From contig NC_087436.1 of the NCBI RefSeq assembly GCF_036321535.1, forward strand, positions 109,060,001 through 109,124,000: DNA of 64,000 bases, written 5' to 3'. The stretch is from Camelus dromedarius (lineage: Eukaryota). Of the stretch, positions 25,446 through 39,898 are shown in pieces (the first letter of the stretch is position 1; each line of letters starts with the position of its first letter). The notes below the pieces were generated by a model, which worked only from the letters and a program-made list of their open reading frames with translations, was not told the origin of the DNA and searched no databases. The translations under genes and the position numbers were made by a program.

Positions 25446-28400
25446 AAAAAATACATATACACGCCCATACATACATCTGCACATTTATACTGATGTAGTT
25501 ATGTATAAATATAATATATGTAATAGACTATATATGTCCTATACATTGACTCATCTTTACTGAATACTGGTAATACTCTGACATATATGTATTACAAACA
25601 TTTAATGAACATCAGATCAAAATAAATGGAGGTTAAGTCAAATTGCCTAAATTTTGATCTTTTGTTTGATCGTTTGAGCCTGTTTTCTTCAACATTCTCA
25701 GGGCTCACCCTCTGACCTCCCATTCTCTATAGGCAGTGGGTTTCCTCAGTCTTCACTACTCTTGAACTCACTGTAGCATTTGATATTGTGAACAATCATT
25801 CTTCCCTTGGAGGTGACACTGTATGATGCTGATTCTCAGTCTACTTTTTCTCAGTTTATGGCTTCACTTTCTAGTCGTCCAAATTGAGCTAATCCCCAAG
25901 TTCCTGCCTCTTCTTTTCTCCTACAAAAGGTACAGTCCCTTCTCTAACTTGCAATGCTAAGGCATAATTCTCCCCCTCCAAAAAACAGAAGTTATTTTGT
26001 TCATATTAAAGAGAAATTTAAGCTTAAGCTATTTACAAAATACGTAAGGAAGAAAGTTAAAGTCATAATATACTACTAAGATCAGTGAACTTCACTTTAG
26101 TTTTTTTGCATGCATATTTACTTTACATAATTGAAATCTCATGGTGTAGAGAATTTTAAGTTGAATCTTTTCCATTAAATATCGTATCATCTATGTTTTC
26201 CTATATCATTAAATTTTTTGAAAGACATTATTTTTAATGTTTTTGTAACATTCAATTATCCCAAAATGGACCATATTTCATCCATCATTCCCCATTTGTT
26301 AGCCATTTAAGTTAATAATAATTTTACATCATTATTAATAATATTATTTAGTTATTTTAAGACAACTAAATCATGGCCTCCTTTTGAAGCCTTCCTTTAT
26401 TTTCTTAGATACGGTTAACTGTCTCTTTCTATCCAAGGGCATTCTCTTCCAAACACCTCTCTTTTATCTCGCTGTATTCTGTTCATTTTTCACACGTCCC
26501 TTGCCTCCTTCCAGTTATTGGTTCCTAAGGGGCAGATTTACCCTAGAAGACAAGAAATAAATTGTATGAAGAAAATATGGATTTAGCATCTGGGTTATTT
26601 ATCTGAGTCTTAAGAAAGGGTGCTTTCTCAACACCTCTAAATATAGCAAAGGCTATTTGAATCATTTCACTGTTACATTATTGACTAGAACGTTAGGAAC
26701 TGATAGTTTAGAGACACTTTTTGTTGTTGTTGCTGTGATCCATTCTTGCAGTTGGATTTTAAGAAGTTTAAAATGTAATCAATGAAAATTTAGTGAAAAC
26801 AAGCTATGGATAGAATATTATTGATCAGAGGACTGTCTTCAAACCTAGGCCACTGAAATGTCATTTCATGTTGTTAAAGATTCGCTCAGTAATGTTACAA
26901 CGAGAAAAAAAACTCTTAGTGTCTAGTAGGTTTCTTTGAACACTAATGCAAAACTAGATCATGCAATTACTTTTTGCAAATTTTATGTCAGGTTCTTGAA
27001 AATAAGGGAATCAGCAATTATTTATTTTTATTAATTCAACCTGCAAATATTTACTGATTACCCTGTGCAAGATATTATATTACATAATTGCAATTCAATG
27101 GAGATCGAAAGCAGGTATGTTTATACCCTCATGGAGGTTTTATTGATTAAGTGTCTAATTTTACAGGTATATTTCCAACTAATTTGTTCAATACCTTTAA
27201 AAAATACCATATTCAGCACTAAGACTTCTGAAATGTCCATAATATTAACTCACAAATGTGGTCAAACTAATTCTATCATTTAATATAATTGAATAGTTTC
27301 TTTAGAAATTTAAAAATTCACCTATTATTTCAAAGTCTCAGAACCTAGAATACTTATAATGATCACTAATTGTTCTAATGACATTAAAATATATTTGACT
27401 GCAACTTAGTTTATGTGTTGAATCTGCAGTTAATTTCATTGATAAATATTTCTGCTAAAACAAAAAAACAAAAGATATAGTAAGTGGGGCCATATACTTT
27501 TTTAGAAAAATGAATGCTCACAAAGTTATAAACAAAGAGAAATTGTGATGAAATGGTATTAGTTTTTATATGCAAAAATAATAACTCAAATCTAATACAG
27601 CCAAGCTGCATGAGTTGTTCCTTATTGCGATATACCATGATTTAATCTCCACATGCAAACCATTTCATTTACAACAAATGCAACAGAAAGCTGAACAACG
27701 ACATGCACAATGGATTTACTTGCTTTTCTTTACTTATCTATTTACTTCCAACCTTGTTCCAAAAAAAAAAAAAGTATTTGAAACAAAGCTTACTTGGTTA
27801 TTTATATTCACTCAGGAGCTGATCAGTGTTTCTGCCACTGTCTCAGCAGTCTGCTAAGACACAACATAACTGCCTCTTCATTCACAGAGAAAGATTCTCA
27901 AGCAGGAAAATATTCTGCCACTGCCAGGTGTCAAACAGTAAATTTTAAAATATTTTAAAATGTCTATTTTCTTGTCTTCAGTGGAAAACTAAACTAATAC
28001 GCGTTTCCTGTAAACTTTTAGGGCTCCAGGATAAAGAATTTTTGTTTTTCATTACAAGAACTTTATATTTGACAAACTACAAACAGGACACATCTCAAAT
28101 GCTGCTCTTCCTCCAAAAAAAGAGGGGACGTATTAAAACTAGATTATAAAAAATAAGGAAGAAAAATACTAGCATTTTCAGGTGAAGGTTAAAAGGAAGC
28201 AAATGAAATTTACAGTTTCTAGCTTTGCTATCCTCTCATCTTCTACTCTAACAGCACAGAATCTGCTGAATTTTATACAGAACAAATTTGAATTCATTGT
28301 TCCATGAAGAATCTGATTTAAAACATTCCAGAGTTACCAAAACAGATAGTGTAATGGCTGAGATGTATTTGCAAGCTGTAGCAAACGTCCACTAGATTTA

Positions 28401-29289
28401 AGAGCCTTCCTGGAGCTGGTCCTTCATAGAAAGAAAATTTAATATTTTGAATTTCAAAGTAAACATGTATTTAGAAAACTGAAAACTAGAGGGAGAAAAT
28501 TTTATAAACCGCATACTATGAACAAAGACTTTTTCATATATAAGGCGCCAGGAACTTTTCCTCCACAGAATGTATGTGAACGACTCCAACACATTTTATC
28601 ACTGTGTGTATGTACATCTTAAAGCAATCTGTTGTTACCACTTCATCAAAACCAGCTGGAAAGTTTATTAGAAGTTCAGTTTTAGTTAGGACACAGTCTT
28701 CTAACTGCTCCAATCAAAAAATTCAAAAGTATGTTTAACCCATAAAGATCTTCCCTCCCCACTGCCATATATGTTTTTCTCTTGCTCTCTAATTACTGCT
28801 ATCTTTCAAAAATACATGTCTTCACACTTTTAGAGTTCCTAAAGAATGAACTGTTACCAATATATCACTTTCTGGTGCCTATTTCAAAGATGGCAGAAAA
28901 TGGGAAATGATCGGTAAATCATCCTGCTGTAATACTGCAGACCCTTAGAACATGGAAATGACATGCTGGTATAACTGGGCTGTGTGGCATGTAAACACTC
29001 TCCTCTGGTCAGCAATGAGTGCATCTTACATCAGTGAAGCATACAACACAGTGTAACTGGGCATGAAAAGCTCCAACTAGTTCTGAAGACATTTACACTA
29101 TATTTAACCATGTTAGTTTATTTTAAATGACACTTTCAGCTCACTAGCTTTCAATGGTTCGGCATTCTTTTCAGTATTTTTCGAATTAAATTATTTTCAC
29201 AAACTATAAAAAAAATCCACATGCCAAAGCTGAAATAGCTCTCCCCAAGAGGTATTTATGTTTTGTATATGTACAGACATAGAGAAAAA

Positions 29290-29497
29290 GTGTGTAGTTT
29301 AGTGATTAAAAAAATGAGCTTTATACAGACTTGGAATAAATTCTGGATCTGCCACTGATTAGCTCTGTGAATCTGGGAAACTTTACTGTTTCTCTCTGTC
29401 TGAGTTTCTATTTCTGAAAAATAAGAAAATAAAACCTTCTAAAAACGTTTTGGTAAAAATTATGAGATGTAAAATAATAAATATGTAGTATGCTTTT
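29290..29497 (+). mobile_element. MIR SINE
   Basis: tctggatctgccactgattagctctgtgaatctgggaaa..ctctctgtctgagtttctatttctgaaaaat. Confidence 0.65.
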
Positions 29498-29519
29498 CCT
29501 GCTCAAAAATAGAGAAACA

Positions 29520-29639
29520 GGAGGAGGGTATAGCTGAATGGTAGAGTGCATACCTAGCACGCACAAGGTCCTGGGTTCAATCCCCAGTACCTCTGTTTGA
29601 GTAAATAAATACATAAATAAACCTAAATGACCCCCCCAT
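29520..29639 (+). mobile_element. tRNA-derived SINE, camelid Vic-1 type, with 15-bp target-site duplication
   Basis: GGAGGGTATAGCT..TGGTAGAGTGCA (A box), GGTTCAATCCC (B box), (TAAA)n tail. Flanks aaaaatagagaaaca (29505-29519) and aaaaatggtgaaaca (29640-29654), 2 mismatches. Confidence 0.85.
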
Positions 29640-31399
29640 AAAAATGGTGAAACAATAAAAGTGAGGATCTATATGTGTACATGTGTAACATATAATATAC
29701 AGCATTATACGCTGCAATGTCTACAGCATATTAGTTACACACACATACACAGATTATATAAAGAATCAATCTGACACATGATTTAATCTCTAATTAGAAA
29801 CAAATATTTATGGTTCCAAAACACATTTTAAAACAAATTAGCAGAACGGTTTTGCTGATAATTCATAACTGCATATTAAACACATACACACATGCACCAT
29901 TCACATGGAGGCTAAAAAAAAATAAATGGTTGCAATTTCCATGATCCACATGATTCAAATATAACACTTTCTCTAATGTGAACGTGTCTTAGAAACTCAA
30001 AAAACTTTTTACACCACTAGTAAAGTATGAGTTTGGATTGACTGTTTCTGTAACATACAGCCCAGATGCTGATTATACATGGCAATAAAACTGACAGTTC
30101 TTCGCATTTTCCCCATCTGCTTTTAACGTAAATGGCAAAAACAGCTGCCAGAAAATACAACAGATTTAATGGGGTGAAGGCTGGAGTGGCAGAATGACTC
30201 TAGCTTCTGAGTCATGCTTGGTGTAGCCAAACATTCTCATCATAGGTAACCTCAGTCCAGCCTTTGTAAAGGAGGAAGTAGCAATATGACTTTGACATCA
30301 GGGATCTTCTTGCCTTTTACATAATAACTCTAAAGTAAGGGCTTCATATTTCTGGAATGTTACTTCTAACTTGAGCAGTAAATGCATACCGTTGAAAGCT
30401 CTCATATGTCCCTACATAAAATAACCCAAGATTATTTAAGACTAGAATATTATTGCTGTTATATAATTGCAGTTTCTAGAACCTTTTAAGTTTAATAAAT
30501 ACCTTTAACAGCTGAGTGAATATTGGTCCCTAGAGGGACATACCTTGCATATATAGCCAGGGTTTTTGCCGTAAGACTGTGTCCATCCTAATTGATTATC
30601 AGTGATCCCTGTCTCTGGATGACTTGTTCCTGAAAATTGTCCATTTCCTTACTCTTATTTTATTTCTTGTGATGTGTCATACTGGGTACATTTCCCTGAG
30701 TGTAAAAACAACTGATGTTTTTATAATAAAAATAATTTTTTTTCCATTTGATCTTTAAGAATTTAAAGCAAGACAAAAATGTGTGTGTGTTTCTACTGAC
30801 CTCATATTTCAGGCAATGATCTTCTGAATGAGTGTTAAAAATTTTTTATGTATGCATTTATATGGACATATACCAAAATGCAAACAAAAGTACACTCAAC
30901 ACACACAATCGCATAATTTAGATTTAGAGGGAAAAATGGGCTGAGACACACGCCTCACAGATTTCAGGGGAACAGAGCACAGAATCATAACGTCACTAAC
31001 ACTCAGTTTTCATACATAATTTTTCTTTAGCAATCCAAGAAAGACAAGTGGAAGTTTTGCTGTTTTGTTTTTCATTAATGAGTAAAACCTTCTGGACACT
31101 TAGTATGTGTCAGGCACTGAGCTAAGTCTCCCATTTGGTAATATTGGTTTAAAAAAATGCAAATTATCACTATACATCACTTGTTTAACAGTGTTACTCA
31201 GTGAGAGATAGGAAATAGCCTTCTCCCCGATGCCTGCACTGAGTCATTGTCCAAGTTATCTGTCATCTTTCTCCGAAAGTTCAGATAACGCTATGATCAC
31301 TGGTAGAATTTCAACTCTACAAATTTTCAATTTACTCTTTCCCTTAAATCTATAACTTAATTCTTAAAAAACAAGTAGCAATTTCATTCATTTGAGAAT

Positions 31400-32100
31400 G
31401 AATTATACGTTAACTATGCCCCAGCTGTCTTCATTTCCATGTCAAAGTCTACACAGGTCTTATTTCACGTCTGCTGGATCTCCATTTCTTTCCTGCAGAT
31501 GCTTTTTTAGTGATTTAACCACAACAGCTTCCAAGTCACTTCTTGTAAGTGCCTCCCATCACTATCTCCGCCGAGCCTGCAGCCTGCCTTACGTAGACTG
31601 TTTCTATTACATTCTTTTCCGCCAAACCATTCTCTACTCCATGTGAGAGTGATTTTTCTAACTAACGAATAGAATCGTACTACTACACTGCTCAAAATTT
31701 CCCCTTGCATCCTACTGTCATCAGAATGGTGATTCTTCAAGATTAGGCTTCTATTTTATGTTCTAACAATTAGAACTGTTTGCATTTCTCAAAGACACAA
31801 TCATCTTCCACTTTTCTGGGACTTCGTGATGCTCTTTCCTCTGTCTAGAAAGCCCCACGTTTCTCTTCTGGCAAAACATGTCCTCATACCTGAAGATTCT
31901 AGGAGTCCCCCAGGAAAATCAAGAGATTCCTTTCTCTGTGCTCCCCATGCACACGGATTTATTACTTGTCCTATAGGTTTGATCATTTCTGTTTGTGTAA
32001 AGCTTCAGTTCTCTGCACTGTATACATTTTGAAAGCTGGACCTGTGATCTCTCAACCGTAATGCATGATGCAGAGTAGGCGCTCAAAAATATTTGTTGAA
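31400..32100 (+). mobile_element. LINE-2 remnant
   Basis: gagagtgatttttctaa; 3' end gcagagtaggcgctcaaaaatatttgttgaa. Confidence 0.55.
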
Positions 32101-32479
32101 CATGTAGAACATGAAAAAAATGTTATTTTTCTAGGTGTCATGATCTGTTGCAATAACTTTCATCAGATAACTTGGAATGTTTAAGAGAAACCAGTTAGTG
32201 CTTCTGCTTTGCCTTACTACTCTAGTCATTTTAATATTTCTTTTATACCAATTTTACCATACTCATTTTCACATTTTAACTAATAGTACAAGAGTTTGAT
32301 TCATTCTTCTATACTTTTCTCTTATGAAAGCCATTATGGTTTTCTATTTAACTGATCAAACAAATCAACGACAAAAAGGCATACAAAGGGTGTGTGTATA
32401 CATATATATAACAGTTATGTTATCATATACATTTCTTTGTGAAATTAGGTACAAATAAGAAAAAAATCAATATGTTGAA

Positions 32480-33576
32480 AAAGGTAACCAACGGAATGGA
32501 AGAAAATATTTGCAAATCATATATCTGCTAGGGGTGAATATCCAAAATATGTCAAGAACTCATACAACCCAACAGCAAAAAAAAGCAAATAATCAAAATA
32601 ATAAATGGGCAAAGGGATTGAATAGACATTTTTCCAAAGACATACAAATGGCGAGTAGAAACACGAACAGGTACTCAACATCACTAATCATTAGAGAAAT
32701 GAAAATGAGGACCACAGTGAGGTCACCTCACACCTGTTAGGATGGCTATTATCAAAAAGACAAGACTTAACAAATGTTGGCAAGGATGTTGAGAAAACAG
32801 AACCCTCATGCACTGTTTGTGGGAATGTAAATTAGTACCACCATTATAGAAAACAGTATAGTGGTTCTCAAAAGATTAAAAATAGAACTACCATATAATC
32901 CAGCAATCCGACTCCTGGGTATATATCTGAAGGAACTGAACTCAATCTCTTGAAGAGATATCTGCATTCCCATGTTTACTGCAGGTTTTTTCACAATAGC
33001 CAAGATATGGAAGCAACCTAAATGTCCCACTACAGATGAACGGATAAATTGTGATGTATATACAATGGAATATTACACAACCATAAAAGGAAGGAAATCC
33101 TGTGATTTGTGACATCATGGATGAACCTGGAAGGATAATATGTTACGTGAAATAAGCTGAACAGATAAATACAAATACTGTATGCTATCACTTATATGTG
33201 GAATCTAAAAAAAAAAAAGCCAGTTTCTTTATAGAATAGTGATTGGCTGAGGCTGATGGGAGTAAAAATGGGGAGATGTAGGTTAAAAGGTACAAATATT
33301 AAGTTATAAGAAGAATAAATTCTGAGGATCTAATGTACAGTACAGTGACCATAGTTAATAATATATTTCAAATGTATACTTGAAAATTGCTGAAAGCAGA
33401 ACTTAAGCTTTCTCATCACACACACAAAAATAGTTAACTATGTGAGGTGATGACTGTGTTAATTATCTTGATCTTGGTAATCATTTTACAATAAGTATGT
33501 CAAATCATCATGCTGTACACTTTAAATACATACAATTATGTTTGTCAATTATTTCTCAGTAAAATTGGAAAAAAAA
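32480..33576 (+). mobile_element. Older LINE-1 3' fragment (L1MA-like)
   Basis: Degenerate ORF2 C-terminus (aaatgggcaaagg..aatagacatttttccaaag; ccagcaatccgactcctgggtatatatc) and 3'UTR tgtgaggtgatg..tgtcaattatttctcagtaaa ending in an A run. Confidence 0.85.
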
Positions 33577-35161
33577 TTGGAAGTAAGGTTCATGGAAATA
33601 GGTACAAAGAATTTTATCATGACCCCACACTCTTAATAAAAATGAATTCACTGCATGTAATGGATACATGTAGCTTTAAAAAATGATGATTCTATTTCAT
33701 TCAACAACAGTTAAAGATTGTTCAAGATATGTGTATAAAATTGAGAATTCTGCCAAAATAAAGATAAAAATACTCCAATGATTATTAGTGAACTCAAAAA
33801 TGGTTTATGGAACTACAAGTATAGTTTAATCTATACATTTATTTTACATAATTTATCTTATGCTATTTTGCTGTGGAACCATCAAAACTGCTAGAGATTA
33901 CACTAAGCATGGCTACTGATAACTAAGAATTAATGTGAGATGTCTGTTCTGAGGGAACACAATGGTGCTCTTTGTTTTGTGTACTGAATAATGAATTGGC
34001 TCCCTACATTCTGTAGGAAGCTACATTATTATGTCTTTTTCAAGGTCTTAACTTATGATGAGATCATGATATGAAAACGTCAGCAGATATAACCTAAAAA
34101 ATGAAGAAATGATTACAGGATTCATAAAATTTGTACAAAACATTCTTTTACATCAAATGACTTTCTATTTATCTCATAAAATAAAAAACAATATTGCCAG
34201 AAAGGAATCATACTTTTTTTGCTTTTCTAATCATAACTAGATGAGCACATAATCAGAGCTAAAATACTGACTTTTGTATGACTTGATGGATTTGTTGATG
34301 GATTTACTTCAATTCTAGGACTGTTTATTTAATGACACTTCTAGATAAGATGATATTATCTGATAGAAGAGAAAGTAGTTCTTTAATAAGATTTGGGGGA
34401 TCTATACTTAATTTCTGCTACTGTACAAATCTCAGAGCCAAATTTATGAATGTAATTTTAATTGTCTACATCAGAATGATCAGATGATATATCCGTATTT
34501 GGAACCCTGTTTATGTAAAAACTAACAAAACTATTTTCTACAGTACAAAAACTGAAAAGGTATCTGCTAACCTTTAGAGAACATATAGGTTTCTACATTC
34601 TGTTTCAGTACTTCTGAAATAAAATCAACAATTTCAAACTTGCTTTGCAAATTAATTTTATCAGAATGAGGTATTAGCTATGATGTTTTTAAAAAAACAT
34701 GTCATATATGTTTCTAATATACAAAATATTAAGAGTTATCAGTTAGCCTAAGGAACACACAATTGTAAAAATATAAAGTTCAAGACCAAAACTCATGTTA
34801 TAGGCTAGGTGGGTGAATCTGAAGTAACAAAAATACCAGGAATGCATTAAATTGCAAAATGCTAACAAGCGCTCCAGTTAAATCATGAACTAAGGTAGAA
34901 TTGACCAAATTTTTCTTTTTAAACATTTTCTTAACTCTGCCTACTTTCTGTTGCATTTCATAACCCTTAAGTTGAATACACCTAAGTTTTTACATACTTT
35001 TGTAGTGAAACAATTAAATACATTTATAGTGAAAATAATTTCACTTTGAAATTTTCAATCTATTTTGATTTATCTAAGGCAAACTCAGATTATGAAGCAC
35101 TTATTTATTTCATACAAAATTACATTAAAAGTGGCACCATTTGCTTTATTTAGATATTTTA

Positions 35162-35281
35162 TCAATATTTTCTGAATAGTAAAGTCAAGCTAATTAACAT
35201 GTGCTATAAAAATTAGTCAAGCTCAATATTGTCTAAATAGTAAAGTCAAGGTTATTTTACATGTGCTATAAAAGTATTCAA
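35162..35281. repeat. Two-copy tandem duplication, unit about 60 bp
   Basis: tcaatattttctgaatagtaaagtcaagctaattaacatgtgctataaaa versus tcaatattgtctaaatagtaaagtcaaggttattttacatgtgctataaaa. Confidence 0.85.
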
Positions 35282-35489
35282 ACTATATATTCATTTTTAA
35301 AATTTATTTTCAAAATTTGGTATTAATTAAAGAAAATGAACCAATTACACAGCATGACAGTTGTTCTGTTAGCTGAGACATTACTGAATGCGTGACAAAT
35401 GATCAAAAAGTCATGCTTGATTTCATGAGTACCTGTAACTCTCTTAATAAGCTAGTGAAGAATGGGCTATTTAAAAGAACATGTTGATC

Positions 35490-37408
35490 CAGGAAAAGAG
35501 AGTAAAGAAACAATTCCCTTTAAAACAGCACCCAAAGTAATAAAATACCTAGGAATAAATCTAACCAAAGAGGTGAAAGACATATATGGAGAACTATAAA
35601 ACATTGAGTAGGGAAATTAAAGAGGACTTAAAAAAATGGAAAGATATCCCATGCTCCTGGACTGGAAGACTCAGTATTGTTAAAATGGTCATACTGACCA
35701 AGGCAATCTATAGATTTAATGCAATCCGTATCAAATTACCCAGGACATATTTCAGAGAACTAGAACAAATCATAATAAAATTTACATGGAATCACAAAAG
35801 ACCTAGAACTGCCAAAGCTTTACTAAAGAAAAAGAAAGAGGCTGGAGGAATAACCCTCCCAGACTTCAGACAATACTATAGATCTACAGTAATCAAAACA
35901 GCATGGTATTGGTACAAAAACAGACATATAGACCAATGGAACAGAATGGAGAGTCCAGAAATGAACTCACAAACTTTTGGTCAACTAATCTTTGACAAAG
36001 GAGGCAAGAATATACAATGGAATAAAGACAGTCTCTCCAGCAAATGGTGTTGGGAAAACTAGACAGGATGTAAATCAATGAAGCTAGAACACTCCCTTAC
36101 ACCATACACAAAAGTAAACTCAAGGTGGATCAAAGACTTAAACATAAGACAAGATACAATAAACCTCCTAGAAGAAAACACAGGCAAAACATTATCTGAC
36201 ATACATCTCAAAAATGTTCTCCTAGGGCAGTCTACCTAAGCAACAGAAATAAAAGCAAGAATAAACAAATGGGACCTAATTAAACTTACAAGCTTCTGCA
36301 CAGCAAAGGAAATCATAAGCAAAACAAACGACAACCTACAGAATGGGAGAAATTTTTGCAAAAGATGAAACTGACAAAGGCTTGATCTCCAGAATATATA
36401 AGCAGCTCATACGACTTCATAAGAAAAAAACAAACAACCCAGTCCAAAAATGGGCAGAAGACCTAAACAAGCAATTCCCCAAGGAAGACATACAAATGAT
36501 CAATAGGCACATGAAAAAATGCTCATTATCACTAATTATCAGAGAAATGCAAATCAAAACAAAATGAGGTATCACCTAACACCAGTCAGAATGGCCATCA
36601 TTCAAAAGTCCATAAACGACAAATGCTGGAGAGGCTATGGACAAAAGGGAACCCTCCTTCACTGCTGGTGGGAATGCAGTTTGGTGCAGCCATTATGGAA
36701 AACAGTATGGAGATTCCTCAAAAGACTAGGAACAGACTTATCATATGACCCAGGAATCCCCCTCCTGGGCATATATCCAGAAGGAATCCTACTTCAGAAA
36801 GATACCTGCACCCCAATGTTCATAGCAGCACTATTTACAATAGCCAAGACATGAAAACAGCCTAAATGTCCATCGACAGATGACTGGATAAGGAAGATGT
36901 GGTATATTTATACAATGGAATACTATTCAGCCATAAAAACCGACAACATAACGCCATTTGCAGCAACATGGATGTCCCTGGAGAATGTCATTCTAAGTGA
37001 AGTAAGCCAGAAAAAGAAAGAAAAATAACATATGAGATCGCTCATATGTGGAATCTTAAAGAGAAAAAAAAAAAAAAAAAGAAAAAAGAGAGAAATACAA
37101 ATGAACATGAATACAAAACAGAAACAGACTCATACACATAGAATACAAACTTGTGGTTTGCCGGGGGGGGGAGGGGGTGGGAAGGGACAGACTGGGAGTG
37201 GAAATTTGTAGATACTGACAGGCATATGTAAAATAGATAAACAAGATTATACTGTATAGCACAGGGAAATATATACAAGATCTTGTGGTAGCTCACAGTG
37301 AAAAAGAATGCAACAATGAATATATGTATGTTCATGTATAACTGAAAAATTGTGCTCTACACTGGAAATTGACCCAACATTGTAAACTGACTATAATTCA
37401 AAAAAAAA
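35490..37408 (+). mobile_element. 5'-truncated, relatively young LINE-1 (3' part of ORF2 plus 3'UTR plus poly-A), antisense to SLIT2
   Basis: ORF2 peptides ([44 protein letters not shown]) broken by frameshifts and stops; G-rich 3'UTR; A tail; shared flanking GTTGATC at 35483-35489 and 37409-37415. Confidence 0.92.
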
Positions 37409-39792
37409 GTTGATCAAATCAAATTTATGTACCCTCAACAATGGAAACTCGAATAACTTTGAAATATGCGGATTCAAAATTTGGCACATATTATTCAATA
37501 GATAATAAAAGATTCAAAATTTTGGATTTTGTCAAATGCAGAAATAGTGGGAAAAGGGTTAAACACAGAATTTCTAAACAGAAACGGAGGACAAAGACAT
37601 ACTTTTAAAGTTATATTCAGTATCATAAATGCAGTTTGTAATTGGATAGAGTATTCAAGAATCACGCTCACTTCCATTGCTTTATAATCACGCATGCAAG
37701 TGATCCAGAGGAAAGCCACAAAAGAAAAACTGTACTCCTGAACCTCGTCTCTAACCTCCATCATTGTGGATCTCTTTGAAAGAGCCTTCTTTATTACTAG
37801 CAGAGTAAAAGCAGTCCAGTGAGTTTACATAACAAAGTGAGTCCCCTTTCCATTTTATGTATTTGAATGGCACATCCAAAACAAGGATTATAACTTCTGA
37901 GAGTCTGCAGTACATCTCAGAAAACACTGAGACGACACTCAGAAGGCCTGGCCTGAGAACTTGGCTACCATAACTTCCCCTTTGTGTAATTTGAACACTG
38001 CCCTGATCTTCTCTCAAATAAAAGGAAGACTTGCATGGCTCCCAGCTCTGGAACCCTGAAAAACCTAACCAAGAGTAAAAGCAACAGGACCTAAGAGTCG
38101 ACAAGACACACTGTATTGTTACAATCTATGTTTTTACTAACTGTTCTTCGTGATTTATGGAATTTCTGTGTAATGGTCTGAACAGGTGACATGTCGCAGA
38201 AAATCTATAACTGGATTGAGGAGAACTAAATGTCTACTTTCTAGCAATCCATCACATTGCATTCAAAATACTAGACCTCATGACAAGGTTTAAGAAATTA
38301 ATTCTGAGGACTTGATATATAGAGAATCAACTTGCTATTCATGATTTTGTTGCCGTGGGTGAGACTGTGTATAGACTTGCTGGAGGCATTTCATCTGTAC
38401 GAAAACAAGGTGCTCAACCAGCGGAGTTCAAAGCAGCAAAGGGTTGGAAAGATTCGAGGGCAGCAACAACTTTCTTCTAAACCTAATTTTACCTCTTATT
38501 AGACATTCTGTTTCCTCCTCTCATCCATCATCATCAGTCCATACTCCTTTGTCACATTTTTTTTACTGTGAAGAATGGAGGTTTGGCGGCTCTCCAGATT
38601 GTGTGTCCCAGACCCTCTCTACCTGCCCTCGCACTGTTCATCTCCCTACTCCCATTATGCTAAATGTTAGGACAAAAATGGTGAGGAAAAAAGACATGGT
38701 CCTGCCCTCATTAAGCTTGCAGTCTAGTAGGATAGTTTGACATGAGTCAGAGTATCAAATTAAGCTGTGATAAGCTCTATGCAGGCAAAATCCAGGGAGA
38801 TATAAGAATATTAACAGACAACAGGAAAGAACAGTAGTTCCAGATATAAAGTAATATAAAACAGTTCTTAGTTTTGCAAACATTCTTATACCGTCATGCC
38901 TTGTCTTTCTCTATGCTCCTATGCTTCCTTCATACGTAAGTTTTTTAAAGTGTCCTGTTTTTCTGAGTATCAGCCTTTCATAATTTTTTCAATTACCCCT
39001 TCAGTGATAATCCAACAAGCTAAGCCATGCCTTTCTTTTGCAGCTCAGTGGAGGATGGAACATGGCTCTGGAATCAATTAAATCTAAGGTTGAGGCCAGT
39101 TTAGTCACCTCACAATTGAAGAACTTTTTTTTTTTCAAGATTTCTTAACTTTTTTGAGCCTGACCTTTTTTTTAAATAGCAAAATGAAGCTGTCAGCCTT
39201 TGAGGAATTTGAGGTAAATGTCTATAGGCTTCATTATGGAGAAAATATACCCTTAGAGAAAGATGTCTAAGACATCTGTGAGAAGATTGAATTGAGTATT
39301 ATACCTAAAGAAGGGGGCTGCCTATTAGATACTGGGTTGGTCAGCCAAGAGCAGGAAAACAGGAGTTCTCAGACACATGGAATCCAAGCCAGGACAGGGC
39401 ACAGGAAAAATTAACAAGCGAATTTTCAGTATTATAACCCCATTTTAGCCCATTCCACTTAACATTCTATCTATTACATTTTCCCTTACTGATTTTATGC
39501 TTAAAAGCATCACTTTTTTTTCCTACAGGGAGAGAATGGACTCCTCCTTCAGATTTTAGTTTTTAAATAGTGTTTAATACAGCTCTACCCTTTCAGAGCC
39601 AGGTCTGCTATAAATGTTTAATTTTTTAATTATCCACTCACTTCATAAATATTTATTTTATGTTTATCAAGGGCCTACTATGTGACAGCTACTAGATTTG
39701 TCCCTGAGTGCTCAGTGGTAGTTAGAACAGAACCAGTACCTGCCTTCATAGAGCCACTACTTCAGTAAGGAGACAGATGTTATACCAACAAA

Positions 39793-39808
39793 CACACACA
39801 TATATGTA

Positions 39809-39867
<59 letters not shown>

Positions 39868-39898
39868 TTGCCACTATATATATATATATAGTGGCAAA
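39793..39898. repeat. Compound (TG)n(TA)n microsatellite ending in a 32-bp perfect palindrome
   Basis: Directly visible; tttgccac-(ta)8-gtggcaaa at 39867-39898. Confidence 0.9.

Noticed and set aside
29520..29595. tRNA-like sequence
   Set aside because: It continues into an AT-rich tail and is bounded by a TSD, so it is a SINE rather than a tRNA gene.
35586..36854. L1 ORF2 fragments as a functional gene
   Set aside because: 5'-truncated, with frameshifts and stops; cannot be autonomous.
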